Positions 1 to 10,624 are shown, numbered from the stretch's first letter. The stretch: 64,000 nt of DNA from Candidatus Nomurabacteria bacterium RIFCSPHIGHO2_01_FULL_41_71 (GCA_001785355.1 MFTQ01000004.1:3612-67611), one strand, 5' to 3'. Numbers and translations: made by a program. The notes: generated by a model not told the origin, from the letters alone.

Positions 1-887
1 ATGTTCGTCTGGAGGAAGGTGGAGCCATGGATTATACCGTTGTTGTTTCCGCTGGAGCATCAGAGTCAGCTGCTCTTTCTTACGTAGCGCCATATGCAGG
101 AGTATCCATTGCGGAATATTTTATGGATAAGGGAAAAGATGTGTTGATTATCTACGACGACCTGTCGAAACATGCGGTAGCTTACAGAGAAATATCCCTC
201 CTTCTCCGTCGTCCGCCTGGCCGAGAAGCCTTTCCGGGAGATGTTTTTTATCTTCATTCTCGCCTGCTTGAGCGCGCTTGCCGAAGAAACCAAAAATACG
301 GGGGTGGGTCTATCACTGCGCTTCCCATTATTGAAACTCAAGCGGGAGATATTTCGGCCTATATTCCAACCAATGTAATTTCCATTACCGACGGGCAAAT
401 ATTTCTAGAGACCGATCTTTTCTATAAAGGTATTCGTCCGGCGGTAAATGTCGGCTCTTCCGTTTCCCGTGTAGGTTCTGCCGCCCAGATCAAGGCTATG
501 AAGAAAGTGGCAGGCACTTTGAAGCTCGATCTCGCGCAATACCGGGAGCTCGAAGCTTTCTCTCAGTTTGGTTCTGATTTGGATGAAGCAACCAAGCGGA
601 CCCTCGAGCGTGGCAAAAGGGCGGTGGAGGTATTGAAACAACCCCAATATTCTCCGGAAAAGACAGAACATCAAGTGGTATCCCTTTACGCGCTTTCCAA
701 AGGGTTTATGGATGATGTTCCGGTGAATAAGATAAAAGAATTTGAGCGCGGACTTATCGACCATGCGGAACGTCATGCGAAGGCTTTCTTTAAAGATATT
801 GCGGAAACAAAGATGTGGAGTGAAAAAGGCGAAATTGAGTTAAAGAAAGTAATTGAAGATTTCAAAAAAGGTTTTAGTAACACTTAG
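1..887 (+). CDS. atpA: ATP synthase F1 alpha subunit, C-terminal part (5' end outside window)
   Basis: ORF open from the window start. The sequence (…[47 protein letters not shown]…) is a typical F1 alpha C-terminal region. atpG, atpD and atpC follow. The TAG stop (885-887) lies inside the 23-bp palindrome. Confidence 0.9.
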   Translation, partial: VRLEEGGAMDYTVVVSAGASESAALSYVAPYAGVSIAEYFMDKGKDVLIIYDDLSKHAVAYREISLLLRRPPGREAFPGDVFYLHSRLLERACRRNQKYGGGSITALPIIETQAGDISAYIPTNVISITDGQIFLETDLFYKGIRPAVNVGSSVSRVGSAAQIKAMKKVAGTLKLDLAQYRELEAFSQFGSDLDEATKRTLERGKRAVEVLKQPQYSPEKTEHQVVSLYALSKGFMDDVPVNKIKEFERGLIDHAERHAKAFFKDIAETKMWSEKGEIELKKVIEDFKKGFSNT

Positions 888-904
888 TACTCCGAGTACT
901 AAGT
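882..904. repeat. 23-bp perfect palindrome ACTTAGTACTCCGAGTACTAAGT, copy 1, overlapping the atpA stop codon
   Basis: Read directly. The left arm ACTTAGTACTC is the reverse complement of the right arm GAGTACTAAGT around a central C. An identical copy lies at 27346..27368. Confidence 0.85.
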
Positions 905-921
905 GGTTTAAGGCGAATTTT

Positions 922-1836
922 ATGGCAGGAACAAAGGAAATAAAAAGACGAATAAAGTCGATAAAAAATACCAAGAAAATCACCAAGGCGATGGAACTGG
1001 TGGCGGCTTCGAAGATGAAGCGCGCGGTTTCGAGTACCCTTGCTTCCAGATTTTACGCCGGATATTCTTGGCAGATTCTGACTTCTATTGCCAAAAATGT
1101 CGAAAATTTAGAACATCCGCTTTTTTCATTGAAAGAAGGGATTGACGGTAAAAAAAATATTTTACTTCTTTTAATAAGCTCCAATCGCGGGCTTTGCGGA
1201 GCGTACAACGCGCAAATTATAAAAAAGGTTATTTCTATACTCAAAAGCAAAAATACTAATGTGGAAGTGGTCTCGGTAGGCAAAAAAGGAGATATCGCCA
1301 TACGTCGTCTGGGTATCCGGGTAGTTGCTTCTTTTTTGGAAATGGATGGCCAGATTTCTCTATCCGCGATAGTGCCCCTGTCTAAATTTGTGATAGATGA
1401 GTTTAGCTTTGGTAAATATGATAAAGTAATAGTGGCTTATACCGATTTTGTTTCTGCTCTGACCCAGCGACCCAACATCAAGCAGATTTTACCGGTAAGT
1501 CGCACAGAACTAAAAGATTTGATTCAATCGCTTGATCAAGTCGCTCCGGCGCTCGAAGACAACTCTCATGATAAGAAAATCGATTATTTGTTCGAAGGAG
1601 ACCAGAATAAACTTATCGGCTCGCTCGCGGAAAAACTTACTCGGATGCAGATTTATCAAATGCTTTTGGAATCCAATGCTTCCGAGCAGTCAAGCAGAAT
1701 GATGGCCATGAAGAACGCAAGCGAAGCCTCCGGAGAGATGATTGAAGATTTGACTTTGGTATTTAATAAAGCCAGACAATCGAATATTACCAGAGAAATA
1801 TCGGAAATCAGCGCGGGCATGGCATCAATAAGTTAA
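922..1836 (+). CDS. atpG: ATP synthase F1 gamma subunit
   Basis: N-terminus MAGTKEIKRRIKSIKNTKKITKAMELVAASKMKRA matches the gamma chain. ATG 922 is chosen over the ORF-track start 853 so the gene does not overlap atpA. Confidence 0.85.
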   Translation: MAGTKEIKRRIKSIKNTKKITKAMELVAASKMKRAVSSTLASRFYAGYSWQILTSIAKNVENLEHPLFSLKEGIDGKKNILLLLISSNRGLCGAYNAQIIKKVISILKSKNTNVEVVSVGKKGDIAIRRLGIRVVASFLEMDGQISLSAIVPLSKFVIDEFSFGKYDKVIVAYTDFVSALTQRPNIKQILPVSRTELKDLIQSLDQVAPALEDNSHDKKIDYLFEGDQNKLIGSLAEKLTRMQIYQMLLESNASEQSSRMMAMKNASEASGEMIEDLTLVFNKARQSNITREISEISAGMASIS

Positions 1837-1859
1837 AAGTTATAAAATTTATAAAGTAA

Positions 1860-3224
<1,365 letters not shown>

Positions 3225-3230
3225 AAATGT

Positions 3231-3677
3231 ATGTTCAAACACTTAAAATTAAAAATAATCACTCCGGAGCGATTGGTACTTGAAGAAGATGTGAATCAAG
3301 TCAGTCTGCCGACCACTGTGGGAGAAATTACTGTTTTACCGGAGCACATTCCGCTTATTAGCGAGATTACTTCCGGTGATATTGTTTCTCTTGTCGGGGG
3401 CGAATACATTCCCTTTGCCGTAGCGGGGGGATTCGTAGAAGTAAAAAAAAACGAAAATAATATTACCGAAGTCGCCGTGCTAGCAGATTTTGCCGAGCAT
3501 GTGTCGGAAATTTCGGATGAGGTCATAAAAAAGGCCAAGGCGCAGGCGGAAGAACTGCGTCAGCAGGCGGCAAACAAAGAAATCGTGGATTTCGAACACT
3601 TTGAGACTGAACTTGAACGTTCTCTTACCCGCGTCAAAATCGCGGACAAATGGAGGAGTAAAAAATACAGGAAATGA
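3231..3677 (+). CDS. atpC: ATP synthase F1 epsilon subunit
   Basis: 148 aa immediately after atpD. N-terminal LKLKIITPERLVLEEDV is typical of epsilon. Confidence 0.8.
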   Translation: MFKHLKLKIITPERLVLEEDVNQVSLPTTVGEITVLPEHIPLISEITSGDIVSLVGGEYIPFAVAGGFVEVKKNENNITEVAVLADFAEHVSEISDEVIKKAKAQAEELRQQAANKEIVDFEHFETELERSLTRVKIADKWRSKKYRK

Positions 3678-4351
3678 GTAAATTTTATGTTGTCGCAACT
3701 CCGATAGGAAACCTGGGAGACATTACCTTTCGGGCCGTTGAGACGTTAAAGAGCGTAGATTTGATATTATGCGAGGATACACGAGAGACTAAAAAAATTT
3801 TAAATAAATATAATATCAATACATCCATGATGAGCTATCATACTCACAGCAAACTCGCCAAAACAGATAAGATTTTTGAATTGTTATCCGAGGGGAAAAA
3901 TTTGGCTCTGGTTTCGGACGCGGGCACTCCCGGCATTTCTGATCCGGGGGCGATGCTTGTTTCCAAAATCAAAGATAATCTACGCCATAGCGTAGATGTA
4001 ATTCCAGTGCCGGGGCCGACCGCGCTTATCACGGCGCTTTCGGCTTCGGGACTGCCGACGCATGAATTTACGTTCTTGGGTTTTTTGCCGCACAAGAAAG
4101 GGAGAGAAACATTGTTTAAGGAAATAGCGCAATCCGGAAGGACTATGGTTTTTTATGAATCTCCCCATCGGATTTTAAAAACTCTGGAATCTCTCAGAAA
4201 ATTTTGCCCAAATAAGAAAGTGTGTTTGGCCCGAGAACTCACCAAGATTTATGAAGAATTCAAAACTGACCCTCCGGTCGAACTTTTAGAATATTTAAAA
4301 GAAAATCCAAAAAAACAGAAAGGGGAGTTTACCGTGCTGATTAGCGATTGA
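3674..4351 (+). CDS. rsmI: 16S rRNA (cytidine1402-2'-O)-methyltransferase, tetrapyrrole-methylase fold
   Basis: YVVATPIGNLGDITFRAVETLKSVDLILCEDTRETKKIL is the RsmI signature. There is an ATGA overlap with atpC. Confidence 0.85.
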   Translation: MSKFYVVATPIGNLGDITFRAVETLKSVDLILCEDTRETKKILNKYNINTSMMSYHTHSKLAKTDKIFELLSEGKNLALVSDAGTPGISDPGAMLVSKIKDNLRHSVDVIPVPGPTALITALSASGLPTHEFTFLGFLPHKKGRETLFKEIAQSGRTMVFYESPHRILKTLESLRKFCPNKKVCLARELTKIYEEFKTDPPVELLEYLKENPKKQKGEFTVLISD

Positions 4352-4430
4352 TGTTTACGGAAAAACTCATATGTACTTTTCAGTAGACAGGTGAATAAAG
4401 TAGAATTTATGAAAAAGTAAAGCAAGGTTT

Positions 4431-6401
4431 TTATAGCAGATCTTCCGGATCCACTTTGATTTTAAAGTTTCGGGGAAGGGAGCGGAGTTTTTGGGAAAGG
4501 TTCCGGTCAATGTTTCCACCCGTCAGGAGGGAAGGAAGAGACCATCTTTCAGGGTTTATTTTAAGCAACATATTGGCGGAATATTTATCTTTTATTCTTG
4601 GTATAAAACCGGAGAATATTTCCGGCTCATATTCCTTGAATATTTCTTTCAGTCTTTCCCTTGTTTCCAGGACTTCGGATTTTTTGCCCAAGAAAGTCGT
4701 TTTAATGAAGCGTTTGAAGGGCGGATAATGGAGGATTTTTCTATTTTCTATATCTTCTCTGATCAATGGCCATAGATTGCCTTCTTTCAGAGCAAGGAGG
4801 GTTTTATCCTGTATATTTTTAACCTGAATGATCAGTTTTTCTTCTGTTTTGTCCGATATGTCGAGAAGGATTCTAAGTATTTTCTCTCCCATTTTGAAAT
4901 TCGGGATACTCCAGAGCGAATCAAAGGAAGCAATGACTGAAAGCGGGACTTTCTCTCTCAAATAGTAGAGCGCCATCTCTGTGCCCACCAGTATGGCCCC
5001 GGAAGATTTAGAAAATCCTTCAGCTATTTTTTTTGCTCCGTTTTTGTTTCCGGCGGACTCTCGGTCTAATTTAAAAATCTTTGTTTTTCCCAAGTCTTTT
5101 TCGCGCCCCAGACTCTCTCTTAGATATTCAAGCACTGTTTCGATGCCAATTCCAAGCGGTATCAGGTTCCATCCCCCGCAGACATCGCACAGAATATCGG
5201 CATTTTTCTCTGCACCGCATTTATTACAAACGAACATTCTTTTTTTGCCGTCTTTCGAGGTATAAAGCACCAATACCGATTCACATTCGCCACAGGATAC
5301 CGTATTGCCGCAATCCCGGCATACAGTCATGGTAGAGAGACCCTTGCGCAGAGAAAAAATAAAAACATTCTTTTTTTCTCGGAGAGCGGAGAATACTTGG
5401 AGCATACTTTCCTCCTTTAGCACTTTGAACCCCCCCCATTTATTCTTTTCGGATTTTTGGCTCAAAATTTCCATTTTTATTTTGAGATCGGTTCTGAAAG
5501 AAAGAGGATGCAGGGGATTTATATTTTCCGTGTCTTTTCTCGCTATTGTTTCAAAGCGAAGAAGATCACTCGACATTATAAACCTTGCATTCATTTTCGA
5601 GGCAAAGATTTCGGCAAAGATTCGGAAGTCCAAGTGTGTCTGTCCCAGAGGGATGTAGCCATTTCCGTTTTCTTCTTCCAGAATGACAGTACCTAGATCA
5701 TTCCTTGGGATGGCAAGAAAAGGAGTAGTGCCCACTATCAGCACCGGATGCGTGGAAGAAAGTATTTTCTGACAATTTTTCATATTTTTCTTTTTATTTA
5801 TTCCACTGTGCATGGCGAAAGCAAATTCTCCAATGCCTTTGGATAACGCCTCTGAAAAAATTTCTATGCAAGTTTCTGTTCCGCAAATTATAAAGACGGA
5901 TTTTCCTCTGGCAAATGATTCTCGGATCATTGTCTTATACGCGCTTATACGGTCTTCCAGCGGAGCTTGAAAAAGTAATTTTTCAGGTTTGATTTCGATG
6001 GGAACCGTAGCTATGTTCTGTGGCATCTCTTTTTTAATTTTTTTTATAATTTCAGAAATTTTATCGTAGTCTTCCATAAAAATATTCGGAATTAAACAAG
6101 TGATTACTAATCCCTTATCTTCCACGAAATATTCGGCGGCATCTAAAGTAGCAGAAATGAATTCTTTTTGAAAAATCGACGGACCTTTATCCTCGGCAAC
6201 TTTTCTTAAATTGAAATTCATGTTTTTTATATTACCCTTGGCTTCTGAGAGTTCTTCCACCTTTGACACTAAGGCGAGAATTTTTTTATTTTTTATCGGT
6301 ACGGAAACGACATGCCCTTCGGGGATTGAAAGAGCGGTAAAATAAGCGAGATTTCCTACCGGAATGCCCTTTTTAAGCGGAATAACGGATACGACTTTCA
6401 T
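4431..6401 (-). CDS. priA: primosomal protein N' (PriA)-like with degenerate helicase motifs
   Basis: An N-terminal 3'-DNA-binding-like domain. A Cys-rich zinc-binding region, CRDCG…CGEC…CNKCG…CDVCG. ICGTETC replaces Walker A GSGKT, and ILEEEN replaces DEEH. Confidence 0.6.
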   Translation of the reverse strand: MKVVSVIPLKKGIPVGNLAYFTALSIPEGHVVSVPIKNKKILALVSKVEELSEAKGNIKNMNFNLRKVAEDKGPSIFQKEFISATLDAAEYFVEDKGLVITCLIPNIFMEDYDKISEIIKKIKKEMPQNIATVPIEIKPEKLLFQAPLEDRISAYKTMIRESFARGKSVFIICGTETCIEIFSEALSKGIGEFAFAMHSGINKKKNMKNCQKILSSTHPVLIVGTTPFLAIPRNDLGTVILEEENGNGYIPLGQTHLDFRIFAEIFASKMNARFIMSSDLLRFETIARKDTENINPLHPLSFRTDLKIKMEILSQKSEKNKWGGFKVLKEESMLQVFSALREKKNVFIFSLRKGLSTMTVCRDCGNTVSCGECESVLVLYTSKDGKKRMFVCNKCGAEKNADILCDVCGGWNLIPLGIGIETVLEYLRESLGREKDLGKTKIFKLDRESAGNKNGAKKIAEGFSKSSGAILVGTEMALYYLREKVPLSVIASFDSLWSIPNFKMGEKILRILLDISDKTEEKLIIQVKNIQDKTLLALKEGNLWPLIREDIENRKILHYPPFKRFIKTTFLGKKSEVLETRERLKEIFKEYEPEIFSGFIPRIKDKYSANMLLKINPERWSLPSLLTGGNIDRNLSQKLRSLPRNFKIKVDPEDLL

Positions 6402-6445
6402 ATTTTGATTCTAACATAGATAAATTATACCTCCATATTTTTTTC

Positions 6446-6474
6446 TTGATTAAAAGCAGATACGGGGGTATATT
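6446..6474 (+). promoter_or_regulatory. sigma70-like promoter (TTGATT-17-TATATT) abutting the mreB ATG, possibly leaderless
   Basis: The -35 box is at 6446-6451 and the -10 box at 6469-6474. The ATG is at 6481, only 6 nt after the -10, with no Shine-Dalgarno sequence. Confidence 0.35.
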
Positions 6475-6480
6475 GTTCTC

Positions 6481-7494
6481 ATGAGTTTTTTTTCACGCAA
6501 ATTAGGCATAGATTTAGGCACGGCAAATACCTTGGTATTTGTGCCCGGCAAAGGGATAGTTTTAAATGAGCCTTCGGTGGTGGCTGTGTCTGAACAGGAT
6601 AATAAAATTCTGGCAATAGGTTTTGAAGCTAAAGATATGATCGGCAAAACGCCCGAAAACATTATTACATATTGTCCTATGAAAGACGGAGTTATAGCGG
6701 ATTATCGGGTAACGGAAGCGATGCTTCGTTATTTTATAAATAAAGCCATGGGTAAATGGAGCTTATGGAAACCGGATGTGATGGTCTCGGTTCCAGCCGG
6801 TGTTACCTCTACCGAACGGCGAGCCGTGGTAGAAGCGGCTATCCGTGCGGGGGCTAAAAACGCTTATGTGGTGAAAGAGCCGATTCTTGCCGCTATCGGC
6901 GCGGGTATTCCAATTTATGAATCTAGGGGGCATATGGTGGTGGACATCGGAGGAGGTACTACGGATGTGGCGGTGATTTCTCTGGGTGGAATAGTAGCGT
7001 CCACTTCGGTCAAATGCGCCGGAAATAAAATAGATGCGGCTATTGCCGATTATATAAAAAAAACTTTTAACTTGGCCATAGGAGACAGAACAGCCGAAGA
7101 GGTGAAAATAAAGATAGGCGCGGCGGTGCCTCTGGGAGAAGAGCTTTCGGTTACGATCCGGGGAAGAGATTTTATTCAAGGATTACCCAGAAGCGCGAAA
7201 GTAAGCACCAACGAAATAGTGAAAGCAACAGACAGCGAACTCCGGCAAATTATTAAAGCTATCAAGGATGTTCTTCAAGAAACCCCACCCGAGCTTGCTT
7301 CCGATATCATGGAACACGGGATTATCATGACCGGAGGATCGTCTCTTTTGCGTAATTTGCCGGATCTGGTTTATCGGCGGACGGGAGTAAAAGCAATGCT
7401 TGCCGATGACGCGCTTTTCTGTGTGGCAAAAGGCACCGGTCTTGCTCTTGAGCACCTTGATGTGTATAAAAAAACAGTATTAAGCAAAAAATAG
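6481..7494 (+). CDS. mreB: rod shape-determining actin homolog MreB
   Basis: LGIDLGTANTLVFVPGKGIVLNEPSVVAV and the ATPase motifs DIGGGTTD and MTGGSS. Confidence 0.9.
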   Translation: MSFFSRKLGIDLGTANTLVFVPGKGIVLNEPSVVAVSEQDNKILAIGFEAKDMIGKTPENIITYCPMKDGVIADYRVTEAMLRYFINKAMGKWSLWKPDVMVSVPAGVTSTERRAVVEAAIRAGAKNAYVVKEPILAAIGAGIPIYESRGHMVVDIGGGTTDVAVISLGGIVASTSVKCAGNKIDAAIADYIKKTFNLAIGDRTAEEVKIKIGAAVPLGEELSVTIRGRDFIQGLPRSAKVSTNEIVKATDSELRQIIKAIKDVLQETPPELASDIMEHGIIMTGGSSLLRNLPDLVYRRTGVKAMLADDALFCVAKGTGLALEHLDVYKKTVLSKK

Positions 7495-7496
7495 CG

Positions 7497-8216
7497 ATGT
7501 TTTCAAATCATTTTGATTCGAATAATCTTCATCACGCGTATTTGATAGAAGGAGAAAGAATGAAAGCGTTATCGGAAATAATGCGATTTTTAGAAAGTAT
7601 CGACATTAAAACTTCCGGCAATGCCGACTTTTCTCTCATTTCTCTGGATTCTTTCAGTGTGGAAAATGCCAGAAATTTAAAATCTTTAAGCGTCGAAAAA
7701 AGCTTCTCCTCCAGTTTATCCGCGCAAGCAAATAAAAGAATTTTTATAATTTCAACCAATAATTTTCTTCTGGAAGCTCAAAACACTCTTCTGAAAATGT
7801 TTGAAGAGCCCATAGAAGACGTTATTTTTTTTCTGATAGTGCCGGACAAGAATGCTCTGCTTAAGACCCTTGCCTCCAGATTTTATGTGATTTCCTTGGA
7901 GCGGGCTTTGGGAGAGGAGGCGGAAATGGCAGATAAATTTTTAAATATGAGTTTACAAAAGAGGGTTGATTTTATAAAAGACCTTCTGATTGAAAACGAA
8001 GGGGAAGAAGAGGAGTTGGAAAAATCTGTCAGATTAAAGGCATTAAAATTTTTAAACGCCCTTGAACATATACTCCACAAAAAGTTAGTGTCAAGGACGG
8101 TCCTTGACATAGGTGTTTTTGAACATTTTTTCAAAGTTAGGAAATTTTTGCGTATGCCCGGGTCTTCTACCAAGAGTCTAATGGAATCCGTGGCGTTTTT
8201 AACTCCGAATTTATGA
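7497..8216 (+). CDS. holB: DNA polymerase III delta'-like clamp-loader subunit (no P-loop)
   Basis: HHAYLIEGE, followed by …NTLLKMFEEP…ASRF…, resembles delta prime. No Walker A is present. Confidence 0.45.
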   Translation: MFSNHFDSNNLHHAYLIEGERMKALSEIMRFLESIDIKTSGNADFSLISLDSFSVENARNLKSLSVEKSFSSSLSAQANKRIFIISTNNFLLEAQNTLLKMFEEPIEDVIFFLIVPDKNALLKTLASRFYVISLERALGEEAEMADKFLNMSLQKRVDFIKDLLIENEGEEEELEKSVRLKALKFLNALEHILHKKLVSRTVLDIGVFEHFFKVRKFLRMPGSSTKSLMESVAFLTPNL

Positions 8217-8231
8217 TATACTCAATCTTAT

Positions 8232-8783
8232 ATGCAATACAACTTTTCTAATTTCAAGGCAGGACTTAAGAAAGTGGAAGAATTCTTGAGCAAGGAATAT
8301 CGAGAGCTGAATGTCGGCCGAGCTTCTCCCTCTGTGCTTGACGGTGTATCTGTGGAATCATACGGTTCATTTATGCCCATAAAAAATCTTGCTTCTATTT
8401 CCATTGAAGATCCAAAAACTCTGCGCATAGCGCCTTGGGACAAGAGTCAAGTGAAGGATATCGAGAAAGCGATAGTTGTTTCAAATCTAGGGCTATCGGT
8501 AGCTACCGATGAAGTCGGCATCAGGGTAATATTTCCTCAATTAACTACCGAGACCAGACAGAAACTGGTAAAAGTCTTAAAAGAAAAGCTCGAAGAAAGC
8601 AGAATTACCGTGCGTAAAGAGCGTGAGCGGATATGGGACGAGGTGCAGAAACTAGAACGTGAAGGAAAAATGACCGAAGATGAAAAATTTCGAGCGAAAG
8701 AGGAGCTTCAGAAAATAATCGATGAAATTAATAAAAATCTGGGAAATGCTTTTGAAAAGAAAGAACGTGAAGTGATGGGATGA
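8232..8783 (+). CDS. frr: ribosome recycling factor
   Basis: 183 aa with an RRF-like N-terminus (MQYNFSNFKAGLKKVEE…GRASPSVLDGV). The mid-region VSNLGLSVATDEVGIRVIFPQLTTETRQKLVKV matches RRF. Confidence 0.9.
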   Translation: MQYNFSNFKAGLKKVEEFLSKEYRELNVGRASPSVLDGVSVESYGSFMPIKNLASISIEDPKTLRIAPWDKSQVKDIEKAIVVSNLGLSVATDEVGIRVIFPQLTTETRQKLVKVLKEKLEESRITVRKERERIWDEVQKLEREGKMTEDEKFRAKEELQKIIDEINKNLGNAFEKKEREVMG

Positions 8784-9907
8784 ATATTTTAATTTTTTTT
8801 ATAATTTTGTTAATTTTGGTGTTGGTCCATGAGTTTGGGCATTTTTTTGCGGCGAAGAAATTCGGCATACGAGTGGATGAATTTGGATTCGGCTTTCCGC
8901 CTAAATTGTTCGGGATTAAAAAAGGAGAAACAGAATATACTTTTAATTTGTTTCCAATTGGCGGATTTGTAAAAATTTTCGGTGAAAATCCAAATGAAGC
9001 AGAAGACTTGGAGGCCTTGCCTCCACTTGGAGGCAAGGCCTCCAAGTCGGGGAGTTTTTCTTTCAAGCCTAAATGGCAACAAGCTGTGGTTTTATCTGCC
9101 GGAATCTTGGCCAACTTTCTTCTTGCCTTTCTTCTTTTTTCTTATGCTTTTATTTCTGGTTTGCCCGTGGCGGCTGACGAAGGATTTGCCGGATATATAC
9201 CCAAGGATGTAAATACGGTAATTATTTCCGTAATTCCCGGTTTACCGGCCGCAAACGCTGATCTTAGGCCGGGAGACAAGATAATTTCAATGAAAAACAG
9301 CAGAGAAACCCTAACCTTAATCAATCCGGATAAAATTAAAATTTTTATTATTTCAAGTATCGGAGATGAAATAGAAATCGGTTTTGTGCGAAGTTCTAAA
9401 ACAAATAAATTACTTTTTACCAAGGTGATTCCCATTGTTTCCGGGCCAAACGAAGATCCGGTGGTCGGTATTAGTATGGATCAGATAGGCATAGTTAAAT
9501 TACCGATATGGCTTGCTTTGCCTGAGGGTATGAAAATGACGACATCCGCCATCAAAGAGACTGTTGTTGGGCTCTTTAAGCTTGCCAAAGAAAGTCTAAT
9601 GGGAAATGGCAGTTTAGATAATGTAGCCGGTCCGGTGGGGCTGGTCGGCATGGTGGGAGAAGTTTATGGTTTCGGTTTTTCTTATCTTATTTCTTTTACG
9701 GCTTTGATTTCTATTAATTTAGGCATTATAAACTTGGTTCCTTTTCCCGCGCTTGACGGAGGTAGGCTATTTTTTCTTCTGATTGAGAAGATAAAAGGTT
9801 CGCGTATTAATCGTAAATTTTTCAATATTGCAAACATGACGGGCTTCGCTATATTAATCTTATTCATGTTGGCGGTGACTTATAAGGACATAACGAAATT
9901 GTTTTAA
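8780..9907 (+). CDS. rseP: RseP-family site-2 zinc metalloprotease
   Basis: HEFGHFFAAKKFG (HExxH) and a C-terminal LDGG motif, with multiple TM segments. It carries the 40-bp palindromic element in-frame. Confidence 0.8.
   Translation: MNILIFFIILLILVLVHEFGHFFAAKKFGIRVDEFGFGFPPKLFGIKKGETEYTFNLFPIGGFVKIFGENPNEAEDLEALPPLGGKASKSGSFSFKPKWQQAVVLSAGILANFLLAFLLFSYAFISGLPVAADEGFAGYIPKDVNTVIISVIPGLPAANADLRPGDKIISMKNSRETLTLINPDKIKIFIISSIGDEIEIGFVRSSKTNKLLFTKVIPIVSGPNEDPVVGISMDQIGIVKLPIWLALPEGMKMTTSAIKETVVGLFKLAKESLMGNGSLDNVAGPVGLVGMVGEVYGFGFSYLISFTALISINLGIINLVPFPALDGGRLFFLLIEKIKGSRINRKFFNIANMTGFAILILFMLAVTYKDITKLF
9007..9046. repeat. 40-bp nested palindromic element, copy 1, in-frame within rseP
   Basis: CTTGGAGGCCTTGCCTCC-ACTT-GGAGGCAAGGCCTCCAAG has 18-bp arms that are reverse complements, and each arm is itself a GGAGGC/GCCTCC hairpin. 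It encodes LEALPPLGGKASK. Confidence 0.85.
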
Positions 9908-10624
9908 ATGAAACTGATTCATCAAGTTCGGGCGGTAAAAAATAAAAGAGAAATTGCCAATATTAAAAAAGCTCAAAAATTAAGCGAATTATTACTTTAT
10001 GATGTTTTGAAAAAGTTAAAAACAGGAGTAACGGAATTCGACATTGCTCGATTTATAACTAATCGGTTTGTAAAATTAGGCGCGCCAATACTTTCTTTTC
10101 CGCCCATTGTGGCTTTCGGTAAAAATTCAGCCAATATTCATCATACCCCCGGCAAGACAAAACTCAGAAGGGGAGATTTCATTATGCTTGATTTTGGTTG
10201 CACAATAAATGGGTATTGTTCGGATATGACTCGCACTTATTTCTGGGGCGAACCGACAAAAAAACAAAAGAAAATTTATTTGGCTGTATTAGGAGCTCAA
10301 AATCGCGCTTTGAAACAAATCCAGAAAGGAGAGCGCAGGGCCAAAATCATAGACAGATTCGCGCGGGGTTTTCTGGCGAAAGTTTTCAAGAATAATTTTA
10401 AACACGGGCTTGGTCACGGAGTGGGAACCGTGATTCATGAATGGCCGAATTTCAAGCCAAAAAGCGAAGATATTATCCCTGCCGGATGCGTGATGACTGT
10501 CGAACCCGGGCTCTATTTTAAAGGTTTCGGCGGGGTGCGAATAGAAGATATGATTTTAATTGCAAAAAATGGCTACAAAAACCTAACTAACGTGCCAAAA
10601 GATATAAAAAGTGTTATACTGTAA
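9908..10624 (+). CDS. M24-family metallopeptidase (Xaa-Pro peptidase/MetAP-like catalytic domain only)
   Basis: DFGCTINGYCSDMTRT, HGLGHGVG and VEPGLY…GGVRIED form a pita-bread fold with the expected metal ligands. Confidence 0.65.
   Translation: MKLIHQVRAVKNKREIANIKKAQKLSELLLYDVLKKLKTGVTEFDIARFITNRFVKLGAPILSFPPIVAFGKNSANIHHTPGKTKLRRGDFIMLDFGCTINGYCSDMTRTYFWGEPTKKQKKIYLAVLGAQNRALKQIQKGERRAKIIDRFARGFLAKVFKNNFKHGLGHGVGTVIHEWPNFKPKSEDIIPAGCVMTVEPGLYFKGFGGVRIEDMILIAKNGYKNLTNVPKDIKSVIL

Noticed and set aside
66-776. Antisense ORFs inside atpA, and similar ones inside copA (25836..26567), priA (4456..5696) and topA (33941..34601)
   Set aside because: They lie entirely within strongly supported genes on the other strand and show no domain signatures or initiation signals.
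8728-9114. Minus-strand ORFs encoding LEALPPSGGKASK-like peptides (also 56651..56866 and 63239..63679)
   Set aside because: These are artefacts of the self-complementary 40-bp element. The opposite strand necessarily encodes a near-identical peptide, and the real genes are on the plus strand.
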